DNA of 64,000 nt from Paraspadella gotoi (taxonomy: Eukaryota; Animalia; Chaetognatha): contig CM119263.1 of the NCBI GenBank assembly GCA_051294375.1, forward strand, positions 29,158,079 to 29,222,078. The letters are read 5' to 3'. This document shows, one piece after another, positions 41,400 to 55,927 of the stretch; within the stretch, counting starts at the first letter, position 1, and each line of letters starts with the position of its first letter. The translations under genes were made by a program, and so were the position numbers. The notes beneath the pieces were generated by a model that was not told the DNA's origin, searched no databases, and saw nothing but the letters and a program-made list of their open reading frames with translations.

Positions 41400-41925
41400 G
41401 AAAAGGAGAAATTGGAGATGGTAGGAAAAGAGAAATTGAAGATGGTAGGAAAAAAGAAATTGAAGATGGTAGGAAAAGAGAAATTTAAGTTGGTAGGAAA
41501 AAAGAAATTGAAGATGGTAGGAAAAGAGAAATTGAAGATGGTAGGAAAAGAGAAATTTAAACTAGTAAGAAATGAGAAATTGAAGATGGTAGGAAACGAG
41601 AAATTTAAGATGTTAGGAAAAGAGAAATTGAAGATGATAGGGGAAAAAAATGAAAATGGTAGGAAAAGAAAAATGGGAGTAGTAGATGAGAAAGGAAAAG
41701 AGAAATTGAAGATGGTAGGAAAAGAGAAATTGAAGAGGGTAGGAAAAGAGAAATTGAAGATGATAGGAAAAGAGAAATTGAAGATGGTAGGAAAAGAGAA
41801 ATTGAAGATGATAGGAAAAGAGAAATTGAAGATGGTAGGAAAAGAGAAATTAAAGATGGTAGGAAAAGAGAAATTGAAGATAATAGGAAAAGATAAATTG
41901 AAGATGGTTGGAAAAGAGAAAGGAA
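41400..41925. repeat. 24-bp purine-rich minisatellite (GGAAAAGAGAAATTGAAGATGGTA)n
   Basis: About 20 units; gives the repetitive EKLKMVGK ORF. Confidence 0.9.
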
Positions 41926-42050
41926 AGGGAAGGGGGAGAGAGAGAAAGGCTCAAAGGGGTGTGGGGGAGAAGAAAATGGAGAGAGATGATGATTAGGGGA
42001 GAATTTGATAGCAGGTTGAGGGAAAGGGGAAAAATTGAAACTTGACAAGT

Positions 42051-42112
<62 letters not shown>

Positions 42113-43191
42113 TTAACGGGGATGAGGTAAAGTGAAAGGTTTTCTGAACGATAGAAATTTATATGGATTGTTGTCACGAAATTGTTGGGGCCCGACGAGG
42201 GAGAAATAGAGAGAGAAAGAGAAAGAGATGTAGATATGGAGAAATAGAAAAAGAAAGAAATAGAAAAAAAAATAGAGAGAACGAAAAAGAGAGAGAGAAA
42301 ACAAATGCGAGAGAGAGAAATGGTTTATTCGGTCCTGAGTGGCCCCGGAATCGGCATCGGTCTGAAGTGGGTCGAAAATATGGCGTCCCGGCATCCGGCC
42401 TCTGATTTCCGGAAAGGAGGTTTTCGTCGGAACTCACGAAATCCAAAAATCAAAGGACATTTTTTTTGGGGGGGGGGTTTAATGCGTTCCCTCTTTATCT
42501 TTCTATTTTTGACTTTATCTCTTCTTCCTCTTTTTATCTCTCTCTCTTTCTCTTTTGATCTTTCTCTTTCTTTCTCTCTTCTTTATATCCCTCATCTCAT
42601 ATCTATTCTATCATTTGTATTTTATAAATATATGTACTCACTATCAAGGCCATTTCAATTTTGATTGTACTTTTTCCCCCTTTTTTTTATAAATTTTAAC
42701 CATCTGGTGTTTTGTTTATCAAAGAATAACTCAGAAAAATGCATTGTAAAACCATTGTGTTTAGCCAACTAAAATAACCTGAACTAATCGTAAAGATTTG
42801 CGCAGTCTGATATAATTTTAGTTTCGATCATTGATATAATATAATTCATTTTATCATTTTATGATATATCATTTTTCAGGTCAGGGCCTGAAGATCCTCA
42901 TTCAATCCCGTTCGAACCCCATTTTCTTTGTGAGGAGGTCCCAGCGCACGCGCACCTGTTATTTATCACTGGAGGTGCGCGTGCACCTGTTATTTTTAAT
43001 CCTCGTTCTTTTCAATTCACACCCAAGGACATCAACCACGAAAAAAAAGTATTCTTGGGCGGCTCTCCGGCTGGATTCGCCGAAAACCAGCTGATGTGAA
43101 AAAAATATGTGATGAAAAAAAAATTGGTGAAAAAAAAACCTGTGAAGAGAGAGAGATGATAAATGTTTTCGCAAGAGATTTAACGTGATTT

Positions 43192-43348
<157 letters not shown>

Positions 43349-43537
43349 TAGAAGGTTATTTGGTTCGAATTGCGCTCTCACTCTTTTTTAATTGATTTGT
43401 GTCAAGATTGACAAGAAAGTTTAAATTTGCTCGACGTCGCTAATCATTTGCTTCTTCTAAGTTTTTTTCTCTGCACTGAAGGATTGTTAGTTACGCAGAT
43501 GAGACATTTGCGAGCCTATATCTGCCTTTCTCTCTCT

Positions 43538-43596
<59 letters not shown>

Positions 43597-44490
43597 CCAT
43601 AATAGCGCACAGTTTTACATTTAAAACTCATTAATCGAAAGTAAACGAGGGAAAAGCTTCTGACAACGAAGCCAATAATTGTTAAATTTTTGTACTAAAG
43701 TTAAGTTTTATTTGATACAAACTTCTGCAATTTCTTCTCCGTAAGGATTTTGCTGATGATCTAAAAATCGATAGGAAAGAAAAATGTGTTGCCTCAAATG
43801 GTCAAATACGATTCGAACTGAAGTCCTTGTTGACTTAACATTTAACAATCTCGTTTTTGGAGCAGATGAAATTAACAATTCACTTTAGAAGATATAAAAA
43901 AAACTTAACTGATACTATGTGTATTTTCGCGACTTCTTCAACACAACGGCGTTTTCTCTTTCATCAAATATCAGATCTGAATCCAGCTGTTTCAATAATC
44001 TTTGAGAAACTTGACTGTTTGCGAATAATTAAATAAAGAAAAAATGAGCTTTGAAGTTTATATTTAAATTAAGATATGATTATTTGTTAAAAAAGCGCCA
44101 TTGAAATAATGAACGAAAAATGACAGGAATGGTCAGGTTGGACATTGGGCAAACAATATTTGTCGTCGGCCATTCATTTAAAACTCATTTTGAAAAAAAA
44201 AATACAGATTTTATGCAGAAAGTCAGGCGAAATATTGCTAAAAATATTTCCAGAGGGTTGCATCGGTTGCTGTGAACTGTTTTTTTAGTGTGGACGGACT
44301 CAAGAATCTGAGTTCACGGCAAAAAGTGAAAGTGATTGAGGTTTGAAAAAAGAAAAACCTCGATAAAATTGAAAGAGAAAAAAAAGTCCAGGCATGAAGA
44401 TTAAGAGCGTAAATGCTTCGATTATAACTAATAACTAATAACTAATTAAATATTGAATCCTTTTTATTATTTAATAATGCACATTCTCTC

Positions 44491-47400
44491 TCAATGCCTG
44501 AACCAAGTGGACGGACAACTCAAGAGTCCGCTGCTGTAATCCCGCGGCAGACGAAATTCTCCGGAAGCGAAAGGCGGCGGGAGCAGCGCGCGCTGCAGCG
44601 TCTCCCTGCTGACACTGACGCCCTTTTCCTTGAGTCGATCGTGAATCTCCTCGCACTCGAAGACCCGGCGCGAGTTTGACCACATCGGCGTTCGGCGCCG
44701 GGTCGACATCCGGATCACGTCGGCGTCGTCGTCATCGTCGATGAGATCCTGCGACGACGCCGCTCTACGCAACGCCTCCATCTTGCGGACGCAATCCGAA
44801 GCTCTGGGGACGTGGGGCTTCTTCTCTCGATCCTTAGTTGGTGGGGTAGGGGGGAGGGAGAAAGTTTGAGAAATAAGAACTGATGATTCGTAAAATTAAT
44901 TCAGTCGACGCTTTTGACTTTTGATGCTCTTTTGTTATAAACAAAGGAAAATATGGAAAACAATTGTCAAGTGACCTCTGGCGAGGTATTTGAATAGAAA
45001 ATTTTGATTTGGAGTAATTTCTTAATTCAATTAAAAAGCCATCGCAGATGGGATCGGATCCCCGACTCGGGTAGAATCCGCCGGAAGCCGGATTGGACTC
45101 TCTCATTGGACGAACCACCAAGTGAATCGACCAATCAGAACTCGCACGGATTAATTAACAAAAAATTCAAAATCAAAATGGCTCCTAAAGCAGTTAAACT
45201 GCAAGCGGAAACTAAGTATGATCATAAAGATGTTACGTAAATGTTTCAATTCGCTCATCGCATATGGGATATGAACTAATTCAGCAGTATAATCGCGGCT
45301 CCCAAATCATTTCGAGATCAAATCTCCAATCAAATCTCCAATCTCAAACGATTAAATAATTAATCAATAATAAAAAAAATCCCCTATTCTACCTGTAGCC
45401 TGGCCGAGTAATATTCTTCCGGATCGACCCGCATGGGCGTAAAGAGACTTCCGTTCTTTAATTGACGAGCGGAAGCTTTGATCCTCGCAGATTCGGCGCG
45501 AGTTCTCGACGCCGATGGCGCCACTTTGGAATCGACGCCAGATCTAGGCGCCGACGACCCCGCTTTGGAATCGGCGCCAGAACTGGACGCCGGCGAGGCC
45601 GCCTTTCCATCCGCGCGCGTCTTGGCCGAGTGGGCGCGCCGGTCTGCGAAAGGCGCCGGTGTTTCCGCTTCTTTTCTCGATTCCGTCGCGGATCGAACGC
45701 GCCGCTGGGGACTCGTCGTTGTCGTCGTCGTTATGGCATCAATATTCTCATCACCCTCCAGGGCTACTCCTTTCTCCCTACCTTCCTCCTCCGCCCATTC
45801 TCCTTCCCTCTCGTAAATCCCTCTCTCCCTCCTCGTCCTCTCTTCTTCCTCCTCCTCCACCTCCTCTTTCTCTTCCGCCATCTGCTTCATCCTCGACGAC
45901 AGATGCCGCAGCACCTCCACGTTCTTCTGCCGCGGAGGCGGATATTCGCTCAGCGTCCGTCGCGTCGCCTCCTCCTCCTGTTCGCGCATAATGGACACGA
46001 GGGTCTCGACCTGGAGGAGTTATTAGTGAATCGTTGAGTTCATCAATCTCATTTGCATATTGTAGCATTATGAAATATTTTATTCCGCTGCCTTTGATTT
46101 TCTAAATACAGTAAGAGGGTTATATTTTTAAGGATTTATCTATTACTAAGTATTAGTCAAAAAAAAAAAGAGTCGTTTTTGACGACTATGCCCTTTCGGG
46201 CCCACCTCTTAACTAACATAGGTAGCCATTATGTTAACAATACTCAATGGTTATCTCTTCCACAGTCTCAAAAAAGAATCAATTGAGTAAATCGATACCT
46301 CTCCGTTTTTCTTCATTTTCGATCTGGTTTTAGATTTTAGCCCGATCGACGTCGTCGTCATCGTCGTCGGCGTCGTCGGTTCCGGACGATAACTTCCAAG
46401 AACCGGCTCTTCTTTCTTTTCCCTGGATTCAAAGAGAGACGCAAGAGAAATGAACAAACTTTAAAAAAACAAATCAACATTCTTAAACTTATGAAGAAAT
46501 AAAACAATGAATAAATAAATAATAAAAAATCAGCAAACAAATAAACATACGACAAAAAACCAAAATAAACATAAACAAAAACACAAGTACAAAACAAAAA
46601 ATAACCAAAAAAAAACAGCAAAAAATAAACAAACAAAAAATTGTGAACAAAAAAACACAAACAAATCAGCAAACAAAACAAGACAAAAAAGAAAAGAAAA
46701 ACAAACAAACCATACCAACCAAAAACAAAAACAAAACACAACAGACAAAAAAAAAACAAAACGAGTCAAAAACAAAAAAAAACAAAACAGATCAACCAAA
46801 AACAAAACAAAAAGGAAAACAAACCCTAACCGACCCAAACCTCCTAACCTCGCCCTCCGTCTCGCTTTCCCTCCGTGAATCTGTGAGGCTTTGATCGGCG
46901 CCGCTGATTTCATTCTCTCCTTCTTGGGCGACGCGTCTCTCACTCGCGTCCCGGCGACGGTGGGCGCGGCGAAGGCGCCGGATCGAGACCGAGAGGACAG
47001 TGTTGCCGTGCCGGATCTGGATTGGCTCGCGCCGTGCCAGTCCGTGCCGGCAGCGATGCGATCTTTTGTTCTGATCTCTTCTTTGGGATACAACGAGTCG
47101 GTCGAGCCTTTGGTTCTTAACCGAGCCACGGCGCCGACGCTGCCGGCGACGACGCCAACCCCTCCACCTCCCCCACCGTTCCCCCAACTCCCTCCGAAAC
47201 TCTTCGTCCGTCTAAGACTTCGCCTGTTGCCACTATCGTCCACAGCAACGGCGCCGCCCAGCATGATGTTGAGGACCAACTCCGGCTTCTCTATCTTCGT
47301 CTCTTCTTCGAGGCCTTCGTCGACCATCGCCGTCTCCTGGACCTCCTCCGAACCGCCCTCGGTGATCCTCTCCGCGGTCTCCTCTTCTCGGCTGCGACGC

Positions 47401-48641
47401 CGCGTCGGCGCCACCAGCAGCTGCGGGCGTCGAGCGGCGGGCGACTCGAAGGGTTCGGCGGCGGCGACGAAGACTTTGGGGGCGCAGAGTCGTTTGGAAG
47501 AAGGAGGAGGAGGAGGAGGAGGATGTTGAGGAGGAGGCGAGAGATCGACGGTAGAGGGCGAAGGGCGAACGAAGGCGGAGGCGACGCGGATGGGTGTTCG
47601 TCCTCGACCTCCAACGCCTCGTCGAACGGAGAGATCTTCGGCAACGCGATCGTCGGCTTCTTTTTGAAAGGCCGCGCGGAGGGCGTCGACGGAGCGACTC
47701 CTGATATAGTTGGTGGATTGCTTTTGATTGATAGATTGAGACTTTTTGCATATTGAGTGATTGTTTAATATATTCTTTGATTCAATTGTAGATGACTAGA
47801 TTCAATGACTGACTCTTGAGTGACTGACCGACTTGATTTTTTCGATTGTAACTTACCTCCTAAAGTTTTTGTTTTTATTCTTTTGCATTTGATTTTTCGG
47901 TTTAATCTCGTATCCGGTGGCGAACCCCGTTTCTCCGTTGCCAGAGGCCAATCCGAACGCTGGCGCTGCACCGGACGCCGCTCCAGACAGCGCCAGACTT
48001 GGGACCTCCGCCGACGCTACCATCGAACCCAGCGCCGCCCGACCCGCTCCAGCGGCAACAGTGGACAATCGTCTCATGGCCGAGGACGTGCGACGCAACC
48101 ATTCGCCGCCGCCGCCACAGCCTAGACTCGAAGAACTCGCGGATCGTGAGAGAGATTCGTGACGTGGCGATGAGGGGCCGACCATTCGTGCCGCGCGGGC
48201 AACAACCCCTCTGGCCGAGGGTCGCGAGCCTTTGCCTTTAAATCCCGATGGCGGCTTTTGGCAAGAGATGGAATCGTCGAATGTTGGGCCCTTTGCGCAT
48301 GCGCAATCGTCCGATGACTTTTCGTTGTGAGTCGTCGCTTTTTCCCGCTGCTCCGAAGGAACTGTCCTCGCCTTGGCCCGGTCCTCTGAGTTCAGGTCCT
48401 TCGCCCGGTCTGCACGGTCTGCCAGGGCAGGCTCATTGCACGAACGATTCACGAACGGAAAGTTAAATTCGTTGGAGCCGCAAGGACTGGAGCAAGGCGC
48501 CGAGGGAGATCCGTTGGAGCAAGGGGAGGTTGGGGGAGCGATAGAGCAATTTAAGGCTGGAGACATGCTGGAGTTAATCCCGACGGAAGAGACTGAGAAG
48601 AAAGGAGTGACTGAGGAGAACCTCTGGGTGTCTGGGGACAT
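44491..48641 (-). CDS. Uncharacterised ~906-aa low-complexity protein with a short, apparently folded C-terminal motif
   Basis: GC-rich exons 48641-47857, 47700-46849, 46422-46299, 46010-45393 and 44832-44491 splice in frame at GT-AG sites (2721 nt). C-terminus ...EEIHDRLKEKGVSVSRETLQRALLPPP...LPRDYSSGLLSCPSTWFRH*. No family recognised. Confidence 0.7.
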
Positions 48642-49092
48642 GACGGAGCTAAAAAGATCGAGATTCTTGGGTCTTGTTGAGTAGAGCGAGAAAAGTTTGG
48701 ACCGGAAAATAAAGGAGTAACATCGTGAGCGTGGATTTTATTTTCAGCGATTGTTAAATTTGTTTGTGTGGATGCTGTAGAGTTTTTTTATTTTTTTCTA
48801 ATTTCTTCCCCGCTGGATTAAAATTTGCTTTTTTATGCCATAGCAGTTCCTTTCAATTCCCTATCCAAAATTTGAGTCCACGAAGATTTCAATAAACTTG
48901 CCAAAGACTTTTAATTCTCAGACAAATATAAAAAAATTTCGAGTTACATTCTTTATTTCAAAAAATTTTCGAGTTACATTCTTTATTTCAATTTGTTTTT
49001 TTTTTTTAAATTCAATTCTCATTTTTACATCTAAAGCTTTTTCTTCAAGCGACTCTCTCTCTTCGAAAGACTCATAGATTTGTTATTGTACG

Positions 49093-49105
49093 GTTGCCTG
49101 GCAAC
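49093..49105. promoter_or_regulatory. RFX X-box motif
   Basis: GTTGCC-T-GGCAAC, a perfect palindromic match to GTNRCC(N0-3)RGYAAC, ~450 bp upstream of the ATG at 48641. Confidence 0.65.
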
Positions 49106-50059
49106 GGATTCTCTCTCCGAAAAGACTCAAGCTCTTTTTTTTTTAAATGTTAGTATGACGTTTTGATTTTTTCTTCGCGTTGTTATTTTGTAAGAGCGGT
49201 TCGTTATCAATATGTTAGTAACTTTAAAACAATTCAGTCAAGACATGTTTTTGATGAAGCTTAAAAATAAAATCGCTTGTCCCAAAACTTGCCGTCGAAG
49301 CCGAAGGAGTTCTTATGTCTTTTGTCTAATTTCAGTGTTTCGGTTTTATAATGAAAGGTGGCTTTGTTCAAACGAGAATGAGAGAAGAGCTTGTAATATT
49401 CTTATTAATTTCCGTAAAAGGTAGATAAAGACGAAATCAATTACTCATACATATATCTATACCTACATATTGTAGCCCAAAAAAAATTATTTAAACTGAC
49501 TAGTGACTAGAACAAAAACAATTTTTGACGTTTTTTGTTGGTAAAACTAAAAGTGTATTCGTTTGTTTGTTTTAAAAAAATGGACAAATAATGCGGGGAT
49601 TAGGGAATTGAAGCAAGGTAGTTTGTAATGTAGCTTAGCTTTAAGCCACATAGAGCAGCGATCGGTATACAATGAAAAATTCGATTTTAAACCGAAATGT
49701 TTAAATGTTTAAATTGCAGTTGATATGGGGTATATTTCAATTACAAGGTTAAGGCTCTAAAATTAAATGAATTTAAATAGGATTGGTCTTAAAAAATTCA
49801 ATTTTGGAGTTTTGGGCGAACACATTTAAAGTATTTGAATTCCTGAAATGGAATTTAATATATTTAAATTTTACACAGTGTAATTTTATACTTCATGTGT
49901 GTGAACGAAAGCTTATTTTTAAATAAATCATAAGACAAATCACGGATAGCGCTCGTTGAACCCTGAAAGGAGCAAATCATGGGACGATTCACATCGTTTC
50001 TCAATACAAAATTATAAAACGAAATTAAGTTGTCAATTATAGTTTCAGCGTGATTAGTT

Positions 50060-50520
50060 CCTTCCTCCTCATTCTCCTCCCTCTTTCTTATTCTCCATCC
50101 TCTTCCTCCTGATTCTTATTCCTCCTACTCATTCTCCTCTATCTTCCTCCTCATTCTTATTCCTCCTTCTTATTCTCCTTCCTCTTCCTCCTCATTCTTA
50201 TTCCTCCTCTCATTCCTCCTCCTAATTCTTATTCCTCCTTTCTCTTCTCCTTCCCTTCCTCCTCATTCTTATTTCTCCTTCTCATGTCTCCTTCCTCTTT
50301 CCTCCTAATTCTTATTCTTCCTTCTCATTCTCCTTCCTTTCCTCCTCATTCTATTTCTCCTTCTCATTCTCCTTCCTCTTCCTCCTAATTCTTATTCCTC
50401 CTTCTCATTCTCCTTCCTCTTCCTCCTGATTCTTATTCCTCCTTCTCATTCTCCTCCCTCTTCCTCCTCATTCTTATTCCTCCTCCTCATTCTCCTCCCT
50501 CCTCCTCCTCCCTTTCCTCC
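50060..50520. repeat. Pyrimidine-rich ~39-bp minisatellite overlapping the stop/3' UTR of the bHLH gene
   Basis: Repeated CCTCATTCTTATTCCTCCTTCTCATTCTCCTTCCTCTT-like units. Confidence 0.85.
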
Positions 50521-50651
50521 CCCATCATTTCCGCCAAAGCCCCGATGTAGCGAGCAGCGTATCTGAGGATCTTGATCTTGGGAAGTTTCGTGTCTGAGGG
50601 GACGCTGGGAAGCCGCAGCCTGAAAAGGTAAGTTCGTTTGAATGTGAGAGA

Positions 50652-50700
<49 letters not shown>

Positions 50701-51689
50701 TCACGCCCACCTGAGCGCCTCGAAGGCGGCGTTCAACTTCCTCGTCCGCCTCTTCTCCTTCGTCAGCGATCCGAGGGCGCTGCAGGAGCAGGCCGTCCTC
50801 CGCTTCGGCTTACAGCAGACGCGCCCCGGTGCAGCGGAGCTGGATGCAGCGTCGGAGGCAGAAACGGCGGACTTCGGGACTGCGCATGCGCGGCGCGGAG
50901 AGTTTTTGAGAAGAGGAACGCCGGAAGTTTTTGGCGCCGTTTTTTTCTCGGCGAATGAAGACGACGCCGTCGATGGAATCGTCTGAGGTGGAGACTGTAG
51001 TTGTTGTTGTTGTTGTTGTATTTTGGACGATGTCATCGGGTCTGAAGCGAATCCATAAAGGTCTCGGTCCGAATGAGACTTTAAACTCGAAGTGGGTGCG
51101 AATGCCGCAGAGTTCCACGAGGTCTTTGCACCCGCGTCAGGTCGCGAGTTTTCTGTCATAGTCTTCCGCTCCGAATCAAGGGTTTGGATTGAGGATTCAG
51201 AGGCGCTGCTCACGGCGTCGCTGATGTCTTCGTCTTCGCGGACACCGCCGCCGCCGCCGCCGCCGCCGCCACCGCCACCGCCGCCACCGTCGCTACCCCA
51301 ATCGCCTACACGGTTGCAGTGCCAGCATAGACAGCGTCCGCGATGCCCGATCAATTGTCGGGCGCCTCCGACCGGAATGATCTCGTTGGACGACGCGAGG
51401 CTGACGGCAGCAGCGTCCGAATTTCGCGGCGCTGCGGCCTCGCGAACGGCGGCGCTGTTAACGCCGCTGTTCGCCCAAACGCGAGGGCGGGAGTAGAAAG
51501 GGGCAGAAGAAGAAGAGGAAGAGGAGGAGGAGGAGGAGGAGGGAGGGAAAGCGAATCGAGAATCGAATCTTTGATGTGAAGACCAATTCCATTTTCCTGA
51601 GAGGAGGAGGAGGAGGAGGAGGAAGAGGAGGAGAAAGGAATTGGTGAAAGTCACGATAATTTTATCTGAACATTGAGTTTTCCAACGAA

Positions 51690-51769
<80 letters not shown>

Positions 51770-52814
51770 TATTATATTACACTTCCTGTCAAACTAAAAT
51801 TTGGAACGGGGGCAATAAGAATATTTAAAGAAATTAAAATCTTAAGATAATAATCTTAATCATAATCTTAATAAAGAAGACAACACTAACATCCCTCTTC
51901 CCATTACATTATAAAAGCAAATACATTAAATAAAATTAAATTAATTAAGTCTATAAAAATACTTATAGATATGCAGTGAAATATATTAAACTTTTACTTT
52001 CATTTTTAAATTCAATCCAATTTAGTAAAACAAGTAATCTAGCATTTTTTTATAAATACCAAAAACTAGTTTAAAATTATTATAGTAGTTCATGAAAGAA
52101 TTGTAGGGAAGCGAGGAGGTCCTTCGGGAGTTGATAAACTAGACTGTGAGAGAGTCTTGATTGAAAACTTGCTTGGTATCGCTGTATGATTTTCTGTTGG
52201 TATGGAGGCTTTAATTTTTCTATTTGTTGTAACAATACTAAATACAAAAATTGGGATGAATTTAATATGAAAAATAAAAACTGAATCCTACCTTGAATCC
52301 CTTCGCCCACACGTCCTTCGACTATGAACCCCGAAGGCGCGCCAGCTGCGCCCCATTCGGGCATCATCGTCGACGGATCTCCGTAACCGCCGCCGCCACC
52401 GTCGTCCCCGGCGCCGCTGCTGCCGCTGCCGCCGCCCAATAGCGAGACTTGATCGTGGTTCCACCTTCCGGCCAATGACGATGGAGGAGCATCGGCGCGG
52501 ACGACCCAGCGGGCGGCGTCGGCGGCGCCATCCGACGTGAATCCTCGGCGCTTGACTCGACCACCGTCGACGAGCCATTCCGAAGTCTCTTGCGACGACA
52601 TGAAGGCGAATTCGCCGGAAGAGGAGGACGACGACGACGTCGGCGAACCGTTGGGCGAAGGATGCGGAGGGATGCGGAGGAGGGGGTTGACGAAGGAGTT
52701 GGCGAAAGAGTTGGGGGGCGTCGGGAAGTTCCACGACGACGATGATGATGATGATGATGATGATGGGAAACAACGAAGATTCTGAGGAAAGGATGGAGAG
52801 AGAGACGATTTCAT
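50487..52814 (-). CDS. Hand: Hand-like class A bHLH transcription factor, ~513 aa
   Basis: Exons 52814-52292, 51596-50711 and 50619-50487 are in frame (1542 nt). The bHLH KEKRRTRKLNAAFEALR|LRLPSVPSDTKLPKIKILRYAARYIGALAEMM matches the Hand signature ERRRT..N.AF..LR..P.VP.DTKL.KIK.LR.A..YI. Assignment within the Twist superfamily is moderately confident. Confidence 0.75.
51692..51770. repeat. (ATT)n microsatellite in bHLH intron 1
   Basis: Direct trinucleotide run. Confidence 0.95.
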
Positions 52815-53403
52815 GGTGAAAAGGGAAGAGCGGACGACGAGTTGGAGTGGATCGACGGTGACGGAGTTGTTGAAGGATCTTGAGTTGCTGGAGGGACGAT
52901 GGTCGATTGAGGGAGTCGATAAAGGGAAGTTTGAAGTTAAGACGTCAAATGAAATCGGAAAACAATTAGATTTAAGTCAGTTTCAGATTTGACTTAGACT
53001 CGGAAGAACTTCAGTTTGGTTCGTCGATATCTTTGTCAGCGCGTTCGTGGCAAGGAGGCGTTAAGATTAATGACAAATGACGAAATAAAAAATTAAAGAC
53101 TCGCGAAAGGAGAGTTGATTCATTTGATTTGATTTCTTCATCTTTCACGTTTTGAGTGAAACTGAAAAGTTGGTAAACGTATTCGAGTGACAAAGTTTGT
53201 GGAGTTAATATTGGAGTTTGAATCCGTTGACGTCAATTGTCCAAATTTCAATAGTGAATAAGTCGCGCTATTTGTTGTTTAGCCTCTTGGGCCATGTTAT
53301 TTATCAATATTTTTTTTTTACGAATTCGATTAAGTTTGAAATCGTAAACCGGAAACAAAGTCGAATTCGATCGCGCGATTTTATTTTTAAATGAAGACTT
53401 TTA

Positions 53404-53439
<36 letters not shown>

Positions 53440-55081
53440 AGCGGCGAAAGAGAGAAGTTCTCCCTTCGATTCGCGCGCCGCCGTTTGGACCAGCGCCATA
53501 AATCTAATTTGCATATCGGAGTTATCGGGAGTGACACTTGGTTTTTCTTGTTTTTTTTTTTTCTGCCGTTCGACGCTGGGGGAAATTGATTCCCTCGTTC
53601 TGGCAAAGGATAAGCATCTCATCAATCGGCGGTTGGAGGGACGACGACGACGATGAAGAAGAAGAAGAAAACGATGACCACGACGATGATAACGAAGATG
53701 AGGGGAGGAAGAGGAAGAGGAAAAAAGTAAGGCAAGAGTAAGTGACGGGAGAAGACGATCGCGAAGAGTAAAAGACGACGACGATGACGACGATGAAGAA
53801 AAGAAGACAAGTTTTGAAAATCGGTATCAATTCAAAGGACGAGAACGACGACAGTGACGACGACGACGACGACAGCGACGACGTCTTAAATGACGCGACG
53901 GCGAATCGCCATCCCTCTGCGCCATCACTCCACGCCATCAAGACTTTACGCCATCGTAAACTAAACGCCACTAAAATCCGTCCCATAGAAAATTTCCGCC
54001 AAGAATTTTCCTCCGCTAACGAGGAGGGATGGAGGGGGAAGAAGGCGGGGGGAGTGGGGGGGGAGAAGGAAGAACGGGGATGCGAATTATTTGCATCTTT
54101 GTTGTTTTTGTTTTGCGAAGAATTATTTGCATTTTCGTTTGGCTAAGAGTCCGAGACTCGATCAATGAGGAAGGACATCAAGGCAGATGAGGCGATGAAG
54201 CCAATTGCCATCTGGAATGTCGTCGTCGTTTGTCTATCTATCTCTGTTTGTAATGTATATATATCAACTCAGATTTGTTATTTATCATATAAATAATGTT
54301 ATTGTGTGAACGGACTGAATGTCAAAGAAATGATTAATGATTGAGTGTGAATTGTTTATAACGGTTTTTGAACAAGAACAAGAACAAGAACAAGAACAAA
54401 CGAAATGATCTTTTTATTATTAGTTTGACAGAAATATGAATAAGAATTTCAAAAATAACTTCGTGACGAATGTGAATATTAAATATCATACTGTAGCGAT
54501 GTCTGAAAGTCTTTTGTTATAAAACAATCACTGCTTTTAAACTTTTACTAAATTACTAATACAATTGAAGTCAATCGAAAAAGTCATGTCTAGATTTACA
54601 TGTTGAAAATTTTACTTGTCGTCCTAATTCTAGTACATTAATTAATTGATTAATTTTCATTTTTACTTGACGGTACAACCGAAACGACAACGACAACGAC
54701 ATCCAAATCCGTTTCTCTCACTAATTCCCCACTAATGATTTTCCCACTAATGAATTCCCCACTAATGATTTCCCCTAATCTCAGTCGTTGTTCTTTTTTT
54801 TGGTCTCAAAATTCGTTTCTGCCAAAAACGAAAAACCTGGCGATCGGAAACAGATTTTCGTTTTTTTTCTCTCTCTCTCTCGAGAATCGAATTGATGGAT
54901 TTGGTTGTAAATCAATGGAAGATCGAGAGGAGGAAGAGGAGGAGGAGGAGGAAGAGGAGGAGGAATCAACGCCGAATTTGTCGCATGTCCCTCACCCTTT
55001 GATTTATGATGATTAATGAGGTCGTTAAGGTAAGTACTTTCTCAAACTTACATCCTCAATATGAAGAATGCATTGTTGTTC

Positions 55082-55133
<52 letters not shown>

Positions 55134-55673
55134 TCTCTCTCTTTCCTTCCCTACCTATCGCTCTCGATTTTGGGTTAAAGAGTTGAAGGGAGAGAAATTT
55201 TTGCAGAGTTGGTTAACAAAAGAAATATGATCTAATTGGGAGTCAAACCATACATACAACTATCGTCACTTAACCTTATTTGGCTGTCCGTAGTTTTAAC
55301 CATTGAGTAATGCTTTAGTGGATCTGCCAATCATTTTTGATTCCCAATCAATGGCTTCATCAATCAATCAAGAGCTCCTCCCGTCACATTCAACTTTTCG
55401 TGTTAGAGAGAAGAACAGGAAGAAAGAAAAGAAAAGGAAAAGAAAGAGAGAAAGAAAGAGAGAAAGAAAAAAAGAAAGAGAGAAAGAGAGAAAGAGAGAG
55501 AGAAAGAGAAAAATAGAAAGAAAGAACAAAAGAAAAAAGAAAGAAAGAAAGAAAGAAAGAACAAAGGAAAAAAGAAAGAAAGAAAGAAAGAATGAAAAAA
55601 AAGAAAGAGAGAAAGAAAGAGAGAGAGAAAGAAAGACTGAAAGAAAAAAAAAATAAAGAAAGAAAAAAAAATA

Positions 55674-55725
<52 letters not shown>

Positions 55726-55875
55726 ATGAAAGAGAAAAAGAAAGAAAGAAAGAAAGAAAGAAAGAAGTTTAAAAGAGAGTAAAAAATGTTTATCAATGCA
55801 AACAAAAGACACACAAGAAAAAAAATCTCAAAACTAAATTTGAATTAATATGACCACACCACTTAAAATCTCATC

Positions 55876-55927
<52 letters not shown>

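Noticed and set aside
41388-41996. 202-aa EKLKMVGK repeat ORF
   Set aside because: By-product of a 24-bp purine-rich minisatellite lacking stops in one frame; no independent coding evidence.
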